Shown here one piece after another: positions 37,899-47,304 of a stretch of 64,000 nt of DNA (position 1 is its first letter; each line of letters begins with the position of its first letter). Origin of the DNA: Flavobacteriaceae bacterium (GTDB taxonomy: Bacteria > Bacteroidota > Bacteroidia > Flavobacteriales > Flavobacteriaceae); contig JABAZC010000003.1 in NCBI GenBank assembly GCA_018608625.1, forward strand, positions 3,801-67,800. The letters run 5' to 3'. The notes under the pieces were generated by a model. That model worked only from the letters and a program-made list of their open reading frames with translations. It was not told the origin of the DNA and did no database searches. Position numbers and translations under genes: made by a program.

Positions 37899-38960
37899 TT
37901 AATTAACTTCTTTGATTAAATGCACATAAACAGGAAGATGATCACTAAACCCTCCAATAAACCCATCATTATATGTAAAGCTTCTAAAAGGAAACCCTTT
38001 ATATGGTCCTTTTTTATTAATTAAATAAGGTGCATTAAAGATGCCAGCTTTGTAAAACTTAAAAGAACTGTAATCGTCATCTAACAGAGGTTTACTTATT
38101 AATATCTGATCGAATAAAAACCAAACCCCTTTATACGCATTGGTTCCTACTCCTGTCTTATATATCGATTCCATCGGGTTGTAAATTCCTTTGAGGCCTA
38201 CGAGTTCTTTGTCTTCTACAGCTTTGAGTATTTTCTTTACACTATCATTACCAGGATTGTCGTTAAAGTCTCCAAGCGAAAATATTTTGGCATAGGGGTC
38301 ATTTGATTGAAGCGAATCGATAAGATGTTTATTTAGTGTTGCTGCTGCTTCCCGTTTTGAACGACTTTTCTCTTCCCCTCCACTTCTAGAAGGCCAGTGG
38401 TTTACAATAACATGAATCAAATCCCCTTCTAAATAACCACTGACAAGCAGTTGGTCTCTTGTGTAATCTCTTGTTCCTTTTGCGTCATCTATAAGTTTTA
38501 GCTCATGGGTACTTGAACTTAATGGTGTAAATAATGCTTTTTGGTACATTAAAGCAACATCAATTCCCCGCTCGTCTGGTGAATCAAAATGAATCACACC
38601 ATAATCCTTTGAATAGAGTTCAGGGTCGTTGGCTAGATCTTCTACTACAACTCTATTCTCTACTTCTGATAGTCCAATTATTGCAGGCGAATTTTTAGAT
38701 TCTTTAGCTCCTATTTGAGAAATTACCATCGCCATATTTTGAATTTTCTTTTTATAAACACCGCTTAAATTAGTTTTCAACTTCATCATAGGGCTAGCTT
38801 CATCATTTTTATTGGGGTCATTTATAGTGTCAAATAAGTTTTCAACATTATAAAAAGCAACTGTATGAATTTTAAATTTTCTTTTTTCTTGTGCTTGGCT
38901 CATTACAGCCCCCAATAGAAAGAAAGTTAAGATTGTATTTGAAATAAGTTTTTGAGTCAT
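37899..38960 (-). CDS. Secreted endonuclease/exonuclease/phosphatase (EEP) family protein, probable nuclease/phosphodiesterase
   Basis: Signal peptide (..GAVMSQAQE). VAFYNVENLFD N-terminal motif. ..VNHWPSR.., ..LGDFND.., C-terminal ..FSDHLPVYVHL. Confidence 0.8.
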   Translation of the reverse strand: MTQKLISNTILTFFLLGAVMSQAQEKRKFKIHTVAFYNVENLFDTINDPNKNDEASPMMKLKTNLSGVYKKKIQNMAMVISQIGAKESKNSPAIIGLSEVENRVVVEDLANDPELYSKDYGVIHFDSPDERGIDVALMYQKALFTPLSSSTHELKLIDDAKGTRDYTRDQLLVSGYLEGDLIHVIVNHWPSRSGGEEKSRSKREAAATLNKHLIDSLQSNDPYAKIFSLGDFNDNPGNDSVKKILKAVEDKELVGLKGIYNPMESIYKTGVGTNAYKGVWFLFDQILISKPLLDDDYSSFKFYKAGIFNAPYLINKKGPYKGFPFRSFTYNDGFIGGFSDHLPVYVHLIKEVN

Positions 38961-39030
38961 ATTTATTATTTAATGAAAGTTATTTTTAATTATTCACAAA
39001 AATAAAGAAATTAAAACAAGAAGCATATTT

Positions 39031-39474
39031 TTGTTTAACTCATATAGTTTTTTAAAAGCTGGTACACTATCACAGGTTTTTTTTATACTATTGTATATGA
39101 ACTATTTTAACCAACTTTATATTACTGTTTTTAGCCGTTTTAAAGGCCGTTTTAAGCAAAAAGCCAACACTATAGCATTGTACTATATTTCTGTAGTAGA
39201 AATAGCATTGCTCCTATTAATTGGCGTATTCTTTAATAAGTTCTTGGATCAAATGAAAGTCGTCTTCATGACAGGGGCTGATGCCTGGCTCCTTTTTATA
39301 ATGACAGCGGTTTTTATTCACTTCAAAAACTGGGTCAATTACAGCGGTCGCAAGCGGCGGGTACTAAATGCCAAACTTTCTAGTAAAAAAGGTTTAGAAT
39401 ATTCATCTTTTTTACTCATTGTGCTCCCAATCGGTATTGTTGGACTATCACTATTGATGTTAAAAGCATTATAA
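39031..39474 (+). CDS. Hypothetical membrane protein (start uncertain; TTG at 39031 or ATG at 39097)
   Basis: 3-4 TM helices. No recognisable motif. Confidence 0.35.
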   Translation: MFNSYSFLKAGTLSQVFFILLYMNYFNQLYITVFSRFKGRFKQKANTIALYYISVVEIALLLLIGVFFNKFLDQMKVVFMTGADAWLLFIMTAVFIHFKNWVNYSGRKRRVLNAKLSSKKGLEYSSFLLIVLPIGIVGLSLLMLKAL

Positions 39475-39477
39475 CAA

Positions 39478-39512
39478 TAAAAAAAGCCTCAGTATTTACT
39501 GAGGCTTTTTTT
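39478..39512. terminator. Bidirectional rho-independent terminator
   Basis: A-run, GCCTCAGTA..TACTGAGGC, then a T7 run, between convergent genes. Confidence 0.85.
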
Positions 39513-39529
39513 ATTAAGTGGTTTATTTA

Positions 39530-41443
39530 CTACTCATCGTTTGGATTTCCTGCTAATATCAAGAATTCAGAACGTCTATTTAATTGGTGCTCTTCTTCAG
39601 TACAACGTCCTCCACAGTCAACGCTAGGCATTGTTTCGCCTTTACCTTCCCCTGTGATTCTTGAAGCGTCAATTCCCTTAGATATTACATACTGAGCCGT
39701 GGTCATTGCACGTCTCTCCGAAAGTGATAAGTTATATGAAGCCGATCCACGTGAATCTGTATGTGACTCTGCACTAAGAACAATTGATTTATATTTGTTC
39801 ATTAGCTGCACTAGTTTGTCTAATTCAAAAGCTGCTTGAGCATTGATATTTGATTTGTCAAAATCAAAGTAAATAGGATTTAGGATTACTTTGTTGGCTA
39901 GTATTATTTCATCAATTGGAGTTAGTAGAAGATCAGCAGAAACTTCTTCTTCGCTAGTCCCAGCCACTAAGGTAAATCCACTCTCGTAATCAATTTTAGA
40001 CCCCACTAATTTAGTGTCGATATTACATTCAATAATGTATTCGACAACTCCTTCAGTATTTGAGGTTTTTGTTCCAAAGATGTTGCCATCAGCATCTTGA
40101 ATACTTACTGCAGCACCTACTAAAATTAAACCTGTTTTGTGATCTTTTACTGTTACACTCACGAGTACATCACAAATTGGCTGTATTTTTTTAATGGAAT
40201 AAATATCATCACTTCCCACTCCACCTTCTCTATTTGACGACACAAAACCTTCTTCTGTTTCTTCATTAATGCTAAATGCAAAGTCGTCTGCATTTCCGTT
40301 GACAGGGATTCCAACATTTCTTATTGGTCCTACTTTTCCATCTACAATCTTAGCAAAAAACACATCTAATCCACCAAGACCTAGGTGACCATTTGAAGAA
40401 AAGTAAAGTGTATTATTAGCACTAATAAATGGGAACATTTCTTGTCCTTCGGTATTTAATTTTTGCCCGAGGTTTGTAGCATCTCCAACAGAACCATTCT
40501 CGTCAATCGGAGCGCTGTATATATCAAAGTTGCCATAACCCCCAGTTTTATCTGAAGCGAAGTATAAAGTTTTACCATCTGCGCTAACTGATGGGTTTTT
40601 AACAGAGTAGCTATCGCCATTTAATGACAATGCTTCTGCTTCTGACCATTGGCCTTCTTGATTGATACTTTTATAAAGGTTTAAAACACTTATTTTATAT
40701 TTAGTTATAGAGTCTCTCTCATAAACCTTTTCGTAGAAGCTCTCACGAGAAAAATACATTGTATTTCCATCAGGAGAAAAACTTACAGTTCCTTCATGAT
40801 ATTTTGTATTTATATTCTGTTCAATAATGGAAGGTGTTTGAAATTCACCATCGTCATTGACATAGGCAGTGTAAATATCTAAAAAGGGCTCTTCATTCCA
40901 TCCATAAGTTTTACGATTGCTGTTTCTCGCAGAGGTAATATAGAGCTTGCCATTTTTGAGCGTTCCTCCAAAATCAGAAACTTCAGAGTTAATCGCTAAG
41001 TTCTGTACGTTAAATCTCTTTCCTTTTTCTAGTATTTTTGGTAAATAATTAGGGTTTTCTCTAAACGCCGTGGCTCTATGATCTGCAGGACGCATTGACG
41101 CAAATAAGTCAAGCTGTGTATTAGATTCTTCATACTTACCATTCGCTTTTAGCATTTGTGAATAGTTGTAAACCATTTCTGGTTCTGAAGAAGTTTCAAG
41201 TGCTTTAGCATACCATTTTTCAGCTTCAACAGTGTTGAATACGTTAAAATAGCTTTCTGCAAGTTGACTATACACATAAGTGTCTGCTTTTCCGTCGGTC
41301 ACTAACTTTAAATAATCAGTAGCAGCTTCGACAAATTCATACTTATTGAAGTGTTTATCGGCTCTTTTTGTTTCGTTACTTTGAGCAGTCAGAATAGCAC
41401 TACTTAGTAAGGTGATAATAAAAATTGATATAATTTTTCTCAT
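39530..41443 (-). CDS. OmpA-family protein (TPR-like N-terminus, TolB-like beta-propeller repeats, C-terminal OmpA peptidoglycan-binding domain)
   Basis: The C-terminal ..FDFDKSNI......LDKLV.....SHTDSRGSASYNLSLSERRA......GEGKGET.P....C.....H..NRRSEF is the OmpA_C signature. The middle region has repeated ..G.LYF.S.R.. propeller blades. Confidence 0.85.
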   Translation of the reverse strand: MRKIISIFIITLLSSAILTAQSNETKRADKHFNKYEFVEAATDYLKLVTDGKADTYVYSQLAESYFNVFNTVEAEKWYAKALETSSEPEMVYNYSQMLKANGKYEESNTQLDLFASMRPADHRATAFRENPNYLPKILEKGKRFNVQNLAINSEVSDFGGTLKNGKLYITSARNSNRKTYGWNEEPFLDIYTAYVNDDGEFQTPSIIEQNINTKYHEGTVSFSPDGNTMYFSRESFYEKVYERDSITKYKISVLNLYKSINQEGQWSEAEALSLNGDSYSVKNPSVSADGKTLYFASDKTGGYGNFDIYSAPIDENGSVGDATNLGQKLNTEGQEMFPFISANNTLYFSSNGHLGLGGLDVFFAKIVDGKVGPIRNVGIPVNGNADDFAFSINEETEEGFVSSNREGGVGSDDIYSIKKIQPICDVLVSVTVKDHKTGLILVGAAVSIQDADGNIFGTKTSNTEGVVEYIIECNIDTKLVGSKIDYESGFTLVAGTSEEEVSADLLLTPIDEIILANKVILNPIYFDFDKSNINAQAAFELDKLVQLMNKYKSIVLSAESHTDSRGSASYNLSLSERRAMTTAQYVISKGIDASRITGEGKGETMPSVDCGGRCTEEEHQLNRRSEFLILAGNPNDE

Positions 41444-41464
41444 AATATAATTACTTAACTTAGA

Positions 41465-42382
41465 TTAGAAATAACGTGGAGATCGTGAAACTTTCGTTGA
41501 GAAGTTAAGATCAAAATTAATAAATATCTCATGTGACGAATTGGTTACAATGTCCAAATCGGAACGTATGGCGTCATAGGCATAACCAATTCTCATGTTA
41601 TCACTAACTTGAAAATTAATCATCCCACTAAACGAATCTTCTAAACGATAGCCAACACCAACCTCCACTAGATCATACATAAATACATTTGCATTTATAT
41701 CATAACTAACGGGTGCATCCATTGCATATTTCAAAAGCGCATGTGGCTTAAGCTTGAAGTTTTCTGACAGATTAATAACGTATCCTGCTGCTGCAAACAA
41801 GTGCTCTGATTCAGAACCGATATTTCTACCATTTGCATCCAAATGAACTCCGTTTAAAATATTAGGCATCGATATTGAAACATAATATTTGTTAGGCTTA
41901 TAAAAATACGCCCCCGCTCCTATATTTGGAGTTGTCTCATTAATAGCATTAGCGAAAAAAGGATCTCCCATGTCAATCAGTGATATTTGACTTTCAGCAA
42001 TCCCAATATCATGGAATGTAAAACCACCTTTGATTCCAAACGCCAATTTGGTCGTATTTCCTACAGGTACTGTATAAGAGAAATCTACATAAGCATTCGT
42101 TTCCTTAACAGGCCCAATTTGATCAGATATTACAGAAAGACCTAATCCAACCTGTTTTCCAACCGGAGAGTGAATATTAAACGTAAAAGTCTCAGGCCCA
42201 CCATCAAGTCCTACCCACTGACTTCGGTATAATGCACCTACAGCTAGACCCTCGGTAGAGCCTGTGTAAGCTGGATTAATAATGTTCATGTTGTACATAT
42301 ACTGAGTATACTGAGGGTCCTGTTGTCCGCTTACTTGAGCTGAAAACAGTATTGTTAATAAAAGTATTACTAAATTTTTCAT
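41465..42382 (-). CDS. PorP/SprF-family T9SS membrane protein
   Basis: Signal peptide, then QQDPQYTQYMYNMNIINPAYTG (hallmark N-terminus of the PorP/SprF family). ~300-aa beta-barrel ending ..SRSPRYF. Confidence 0.88.
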   Translation of the reverse strand: MKNLVILLLTILFSAQVSGQQDPQYTQYMYNMNIINPAYTGSTEGLAVGALYRSQWVGLDGGPETFTFNIHSPVGKQVGLGLSVISDQIGPVKETNAYVDFSYTVPVGNTTKLAFGIKGGFTFHDIGIAESQISLIDMGDPFFANAINETTPNIGAGAYFYKPNKYYVSISMPNILNGVHLDANGRNIGSESEHLFAAAGYVINLSENFKLKPHALLKYAMDAPVSYDINANVFMYDLVEVGVGYRLEDSFSGMINFQVSDNMRIGYAYDAIRSDLDIVTNSSHEIFINFDLNFSTKVSRSPRYF

Positions 42383-42403
42383 TATAGTTAGTTGTTATTT
42401 TGG

Positions 42404-45400
42404 TTAGTAATTAAGGTATATCCAGCTGATGTTTGGCTCTTTTCCAGATGCAAACTGAACCACATAGAAGTAAGTTCCTACTGGGAGTAATTCATTAGAA
42501 TTTCCATCTCCGTCACTTGCATCTTGACCACACCACTGATCCATATAGTCATTCATCTCAAATATTTTGACCCCGTATCTATTGAAAATTTCAATTTTAA
42601 CAATGTCTTCTTTATCTTCTAAGTGATCTAATTCCAAACAGTCATTCATTCCGTCCCCGTTAGGAGAAAGCGCTTGTGGCATATCTACACAGTTAGTGTT
42701 CATGTAATACCCAACATCAATAGTTGTTGCCGATTCACATGATGATATCGTATCTGTTACAACTACAGTAACCAATCCATTTTCTTGGCCAGCTGTGTGT
42801 GTGTAATACGCGCTAGATCCAGATTGAACTTCATTGCCGTTCAAATACCATGTATACTCTAAATCATCACCCAAAAGACTTAAGTTTAAAACATTAACCC
42901 CTAGCTCAACATCCTCATTCATACATTTTGTAAAGCTAGTGCCATCTTCAAGTTCAGGAACTGTAGCTTCATTAACAGAAATTACTGTTTCTCCGAAACA
43001 TCCTCTTTCATCTAATGCTGTCACTAAATAATTTCCAAATTGACCAGCAGGTACTGAGTAGGTGTTATCAGGCCCGGATTGAACATCAACTCCATCATAA
43101 GTCCAATAGTAAGTCATAGTATCAATCACATCAGAATCAACATTGACTTCTAGAATGCTTTCGTCTCCAGGACATTGATACACTGTGTCACTGGTTGCAA
43201 CTGGCTCTGGATTAGGATTTATTTCAACAACTACTGTATCAGTTACTGTTGCAGTCCCTCCAGTACATAAATTGTAAGTAATGGAAGCGGTGTAGGTTGT
43301 TGTTTCTGTTGGAGATACTGTAACAGTATCTTCAGTTCCTACCAAAATAGATCCATCAAACCATTCAAACACATAATCATTCGTTCCAAGAGAAGGAGTA
43401 AATCTCCAGAACTCATCTGTTGCTTCCCAAACACTAGTATTTCTTTCTGGCGGCGTGAAAGCTATAGTGTCCTCAATATTTTGAACACCTACTACTGCTA
43501 AACCTGAATTCCAAGTTTCACAAGTTGGTTTGTCATAAATGTTTATGTCAATGGTATTTGAAGACTCGTAAAGAATAATTTGTGAGTTTGTTTGTAAGTC
43601 GTTACATGAGAAATGACATATTTCAGAAAAGTTCACCACAAATTGTCTTGATGGTGAAGAACCTAAAACCATATAGTTAATCTCTCCACAAACACTAGGG
43701 TCTATATCATGAGCAACTCCAAAGATATTAGCATCAGATAAAGTAGTATTTGATGCGTTAGGCAAGGTGTCTTCTGCGCCTATACTCCAACCATTATAAC
43801 CATCTGCATTATCTAATTCAAAAGATAGTACACCATTTGATCCTATTAATACTTGACTGTAAACTCCTCCAAAGAAACAGAATTCAAAACCTAAGTCAAT
43901 AACATCTGACCAGCGATCATCAATCTCTAGACTTGTTGGAATCCCTCCAGCTAATGGAGGCGTAGGACACGCTTGTTGAGTTGTAACATCATAAGACGAA
44001 GTGTCTTGACCTAATGGGTGGTAAGCTGCGCTCAGAATAGTGCTTGTTCCTTCACAGACTGTAGTGTCTTCTCCAGCGTATACTATAGAACAATCGTTTG
44101 GAGCAGGAGGGCACAAGAATGTTAACTCTCCACTATTAATTGAACAGCTCTCATCGTCAGAGTTAGTTAATGTAATTACAACATTTGAGTTTGCTTCGTA
44201 AGGTCCAAACGTGAACATCCCAGTTGATTGAGTCGTTTGTGTAGATGCACCATCCGTCATGCTTATATTAACTGCTGATCCTAGGTCAGTAAGATCAACA
44301 TCTACATAAAACTCTTGGTTTGGTTCGCAAACACCTACAACTTCATAGGTTGCAGACTGTGTGACACATGTCTTACATGCTACAACAAAATCCCAAGGGG
44401 TATAAAAAGTTGAAGAGTCACAACTTCCAAAACCGTCAGAGGTTACTTCAATAAATACTGAAGTTAGTGTCGATTCGATTACAAGGCCAGTAAAATCTGC
44501 AACGCCAGCTGTATTGTTATTAAACAAGACAGCTCCAGTATTGTCAGTTCCATCGTAAATAGTAAGATTGTCCCAGAAATTTTCGATTGTTCCCGAGTTA
44601 AAAGTAATTTCAATTGGGAAACCACTATCGGTTGTAAACAACCATGAGGTAGTCTCGTTATTTGTATAGCAATAGTTAATGTTTATGTTTTCAGTTCCAC
44701 ATTCTAAGGTATAATCAGTTTGTATTGTAGTTGTAAACGTTAAAGGTCCGGACCAAGTACTCATTTCGCCATCTCCGCAATCACTAACTACATATACATC
44801 ATAAGTTGTTTGGAAATCAAGGTCAGTGAACTGAACTGATGTTGTAGTAGTAGAAGTTCCAGATGTTGGTACTGCTGAACCTGTAGGTAAAATTACATAT
44901 TCCCAGGCAACGTTTCCAGTAGCTCCGGTCCAGCTAAAGTCTGCTGTAGTTCCGGTTATATTTTCTACAGTTAACGCAGATGGAGGAATACATGCTGGTG
45001 GTTCTGTTATGTTAACAATCATGTCTACGGTAACACCCCATGAACCACTGTAACATGGATTTGGTGTAAATTGACCTGAATCAGCTGTACCTATTCTCAT
45101 ATAATAGGTTCCAAGCGCAACATCTGCAGGAACTAGGAAAGAGGCATCCAATGTAGTTGGGTTTGCGCTCGTTGATTCTCCTTGATAAACAAGTTCAGTA
45201 TCATTGTCAAAAACTAAATCTCCGTTAAAATCAATCCATACGTTTGTCCCATATGTATATCCAGTTGCAAATGTGATTTGTAGATTTGCAGTAATTGCTT
45301 GACTAATATTTACAATAGGGTCCGTAAAATCTTCATAAGTAACATCTCCAGCAGAAGTAAATGTTGTTGATTCTAGCACAACACTTAGTATCCCTTGTCC

Positions 45401-47107
45401 ATCATTTGAAGAAGGTACGTCATTACAATAGCCAGTGTAGAACTCAAAAGGCCCTGACCAAACACTATACCCATTTGCATCACAATTAGCTCTGACATAG
45501 AATTCGTAATTTGTGTTTTCAGTCAACCCTGTAGCTTCATACGATGTATCTGTAACTCCAATTCCTGCAGTAGTTGGTGCGCCCGTACCAGCTGCTTGTA
45601 TGACTACTTCATACGAACTAGCACCGTCGTCACCTGTCCAAGTAAGAGTAGCATCATTAAAAGAGGATGCAGTAGCAGTTAAATCAGTAGGAGCGATACA
45701 GCTTGGGATCGTTTCTATAATGAAATTATCAATATAAAGTCTCCACCCATCCAATCCGCCGTCTGGCACGTGGAATGCAATATATGAGTCTCCAGTATAA
45801 TCAGATAGGTCTATAATATATTCAACGTATGTAGTGTTGTCATATGATTCATTAGCTAATAAAACATTTGAAAAGCTAGCAGCTGAAACACCTGAATTTG
45901 AAAGTAAGACCTCAAAGTCATTTGGTTCAAAGCTAGACTGAACTCTTTGGTGGAATTTTAATCGCTCATTTCCGGTTAAGGCAAATCCAGGAGAAATCAA
46001 ATAATCATCATTGGCACCACCATTAAAATCGGTATTCATCATTGCTACTTCATCTCCTTCAAATTCATTAAAAGTATAACTAGTACTCCATGAGTCTCCA
46101 TCTCCATTTGCATTTAAAATAGTCCAACAGTTTTCTGTTGTAGAGTCAGAGTTAAAGCCTTCATAAAAAGGGATCGTAGTTATAACATCACACAAAGTTG
46201 TAAAACTAACCATTGCCCAGGTGCTGTAGGTTCCTCCACAATCAGTCCTAATATATAAGTCATATGACGTATTTGCATAGCAACCTGTAATTGTTAAAGG
46301 ATTATCAGAAGTAGCGGTGCCAGTTTCTGCAGGAGTTTCACCAGTAATAACTAATTGATATTCCCAAGCTGTAACTCCTTCGTCTGCTGTCCATGAAATG
46401 ACAGCTCCTGTTGTAGTTGTACTATTTACTATTAAGTCAGCTGGAGCGGCACAACTTGGGCAAGTAGCCGTAATTGTTCCTGCTTCAATATTATTTTGAG
46501 CACCAGTGCCTGCAACAGCGCCTGCCGTATCAAGAATTTCATAACTAGTTTCAGCGCCCCATGAGCCCCCAGCATTCCAAACCGCAGTAACATCCGATCC
46601 GTCAATAACGCTGAATGAAACTATTTCTTCAGAACCAGTAGCTAAAGTTACGTCGTCAAGAACAACAGTACCATCAACTAGCACGTCTATTGTATTTCCA
46701 TTCCATCCATCTCCATAGGAATCTATCATTTTCAAAGAATAATTACATTCAATAATTGGGCATACTGCAGTAATTGTTCCAGTCACTATATCATTTTGTG
46801 CTCCTGAACCAGCAAGAACTCCGTCGTTATCTAATATATTGTAACTAGTTTCAGCTCCCCATGAGCCACCAGCATTCCAGACTGCAGTAACATCAGCATC
46901 TGAAGTAACTGAAAAAGTAATAGATTCAGTTGATCCGCTAGCCAATCCTACATCGTCAAGTACAACAGTACCATCAACTAGTACGTCCATGGTATTTCCA
47001 TTCCATCCATCTCCGTAGGAGTCATTCATTTCAAGAGTGTATTCGCATTGGCCGTAAGAAAATAGCGTGAAGCAAAACAACGCTATCATAGTAGTAATAT
47101 TTTTCAT
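42404..47107 (-). CDS. 1567-aa multidomain T9SS cargo with type-B C-terminal sorting domain (gliding-motility-associated CTD)
   Basis: The C-terminus ALSPNGDGMNDCLELDHLE....IEIFNRYGVKIF........W.G.......LPVGTYFYVV.......ISWIYLNY is the type-B CTD (TIGR04131-type). Upstream are 2x 'DSYGDGWNG' modules, 3 FN3-like modules, a choice-of-anchor-J/MAM-like module, a GEVED-like segment (GTYYMRIG), a CUB-like segment and Ig-like repeats. Confidence 0.88.
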   Translation of the reverse strand: MKNITTMIALFCFTLFSYGQCEYTLEMNDSYGDGWNGNTMDVLVDGTVVLDDVGLASGSTESITFSVTSDADVTAVWNAGGSWGAETSYNILDNDGVLAGSGAQNDIVTGTITAVCPIIECNYSLKMIDSYGDGWNGNTIDVLVDGTVVLDDVTLATGSEEIVSFSVIDGSDVTAVWNAGGSWGAETSYEILDTAGAVAGTGAQNNIEAGTITATCPSCAAPADLIVNSTTTTGAVISWTADEGVTAWEYQLVITGETPAETGTATSDNPLTITGCYANTSYDLYIRTDCGGTYSTWAMVSFTTLCDVITTIPFYEGFNSDSTTENCWTILNANGDGDSWSTSYTFNEFEGDEVAMMNTDFNGGANDDYLISPGFALTGNERLKFHQRVQSSFEPNDFEVLLSNSGVSAASFSNVLLANESYDNTTYVEYIIDLSDYTGDSYIAFHVPDGGLDGWRLYIDNFIIETIPSCIAPTDLTATASSFNDATLTWTGDDGASSYEVVIQAAGTGAPTTAGIGVTDTSYEATGLTENTNYEFYVRANCDANGYSVWSGPFEFYTGYCNDVPSSNDGQGILSVVLESTTFTSAGDVTYEDFTDPIVNISQAITANLQITFATGYTYGTNVWIDFNGDLVFDNDTELVYQGESTSANPTTLDASFLVPADVALGTYYMRIGTADSGQFTPNPCYSGSWGVTVDMIVNITEPPACIPPSALTVENITGTTADFSWTGATGNVAWEYVILPTGSAVPTSGTSTTTTSVQFTDLDFQTTYDVYVVSDCGDGEMSTWSGPLTFTTTIQTDYTLECGTENININYCYTNNETTSWLFTTDSGFPIEITFNSGTIENFWDNLTIYDGTDNTGAVLFNNNTAGVADFTGLVIESTLTSVFIEVTSDGFGSCDSSTFYTPWDFVVACKTCVTQSATYEVVGVCEPNQEFYVDVDLTDLGSAVNISMTDGASTQTTQSTGMFTFGPYEANSNVVITLTNSDDESCSINSGELTFLCPPAPNDCSIVYAGEDTTVCEGTSTILSAAYHPLGQDTSSYDVTTQQACPTPPLAGGIPTSLEIDDRWSDVIDLGFEFCFFGGVYSQVLIGSNGVLSFELDNADGYNGWSIGAEDTLPNASNTTLSDANIFGVAHDIDPSVCGEINYMVLGSSPSRQFVVNFSEICHFSCNDLQTNSQIILYESSNTIDINIYDKPTCETWNSGLAVVGVQNIEDTIAFTPPERNTSVWEATDEFWRFTPSLGTNDYVFEWFDGSILVGTEDTVTVSPTETTTYTASITYNLCTGGTATVTDTVVVEINPNPEPVATSDTVYQCPGDESILEVNVDSDVIDTMTYYWTYDGVDVQSGPDNTYSVPAGQFGNYLVTALDERGCFGETVISVNEATVPELEDGTSFTKCMNEDVELGVNVLNLSLLGDDLEYTWYLNGNEVQSGSSAYYTHTAGQENGLVTVVVTDTISSCESATTIDVGYYMNTNCVDMPQALSPNGDGMNDCLELDHLEDKEDIVKIEIFNRYGVKIFEMNDYMDQWCGQDASDGDGNSNELLPVGTYFYVVQFASGKEPNISWIYLNY
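46448..47047 (-). repeat. Tandem 2 x 300-nt (100-aa) in-frame duplication at the 5' end of the cargo gene
   Basis: 46448..46747 aligns without gaps to 46748..47047. Long near-identical stretches include cgtcgtcaagNacaacagtaccatcaactag and gtatttccattccatccatctcc. Overall identity is roughly three quarters by eye. Confidence 0.85.
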
Positions 47108-47154
47108 AAAATTATGTTAGTTAATTTTTATAGAGATTGAAGGTAATTAATTTA

Positions 47155-47162
47155 CAAACTTA
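47155..47162 (-). promoter_or_regulatory. -7 promoter box TAAGTTTG (minus strand) for the T9SS cargo operon
   Basis: The plus strand reads caaactta. Exact TAnnTTTG match 47 nt upstream of the ATG at 47107. Confidence 0.45.
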
Positions 47163-47283
47163 ATAATAATTAACATTGTATTAATAGTTTAAATGCATTT
47201 TTAACCGATGAAGTGCATCTGTTTTTAAGCTATTTGTATTAGAATATTTAAATTTTACTCGTTTTAATCTGGTTTTTAATTTT

Positions 47284-47291
47284 TACCTTTG
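47284..47291 (+). promoter_or_regulatory. -7 promoter box TACCTTTG upstream of hflX
   Basis: Exact TAnnTTTG match 13 nt upstream of the ATG at 47305. Confidence 0.45.
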
Positions 47292-47304
47292 AGCAAACCT
47301 TTTT

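Noticed and set aside
47191-47200. 10-bp perfect palindrome AAATGCATTT in the divergent cargo/hflX intergenic region
   Set aside because: It is short and AT-rich, so chance occurrence is likely. No second copy or partner half-site was noticed.
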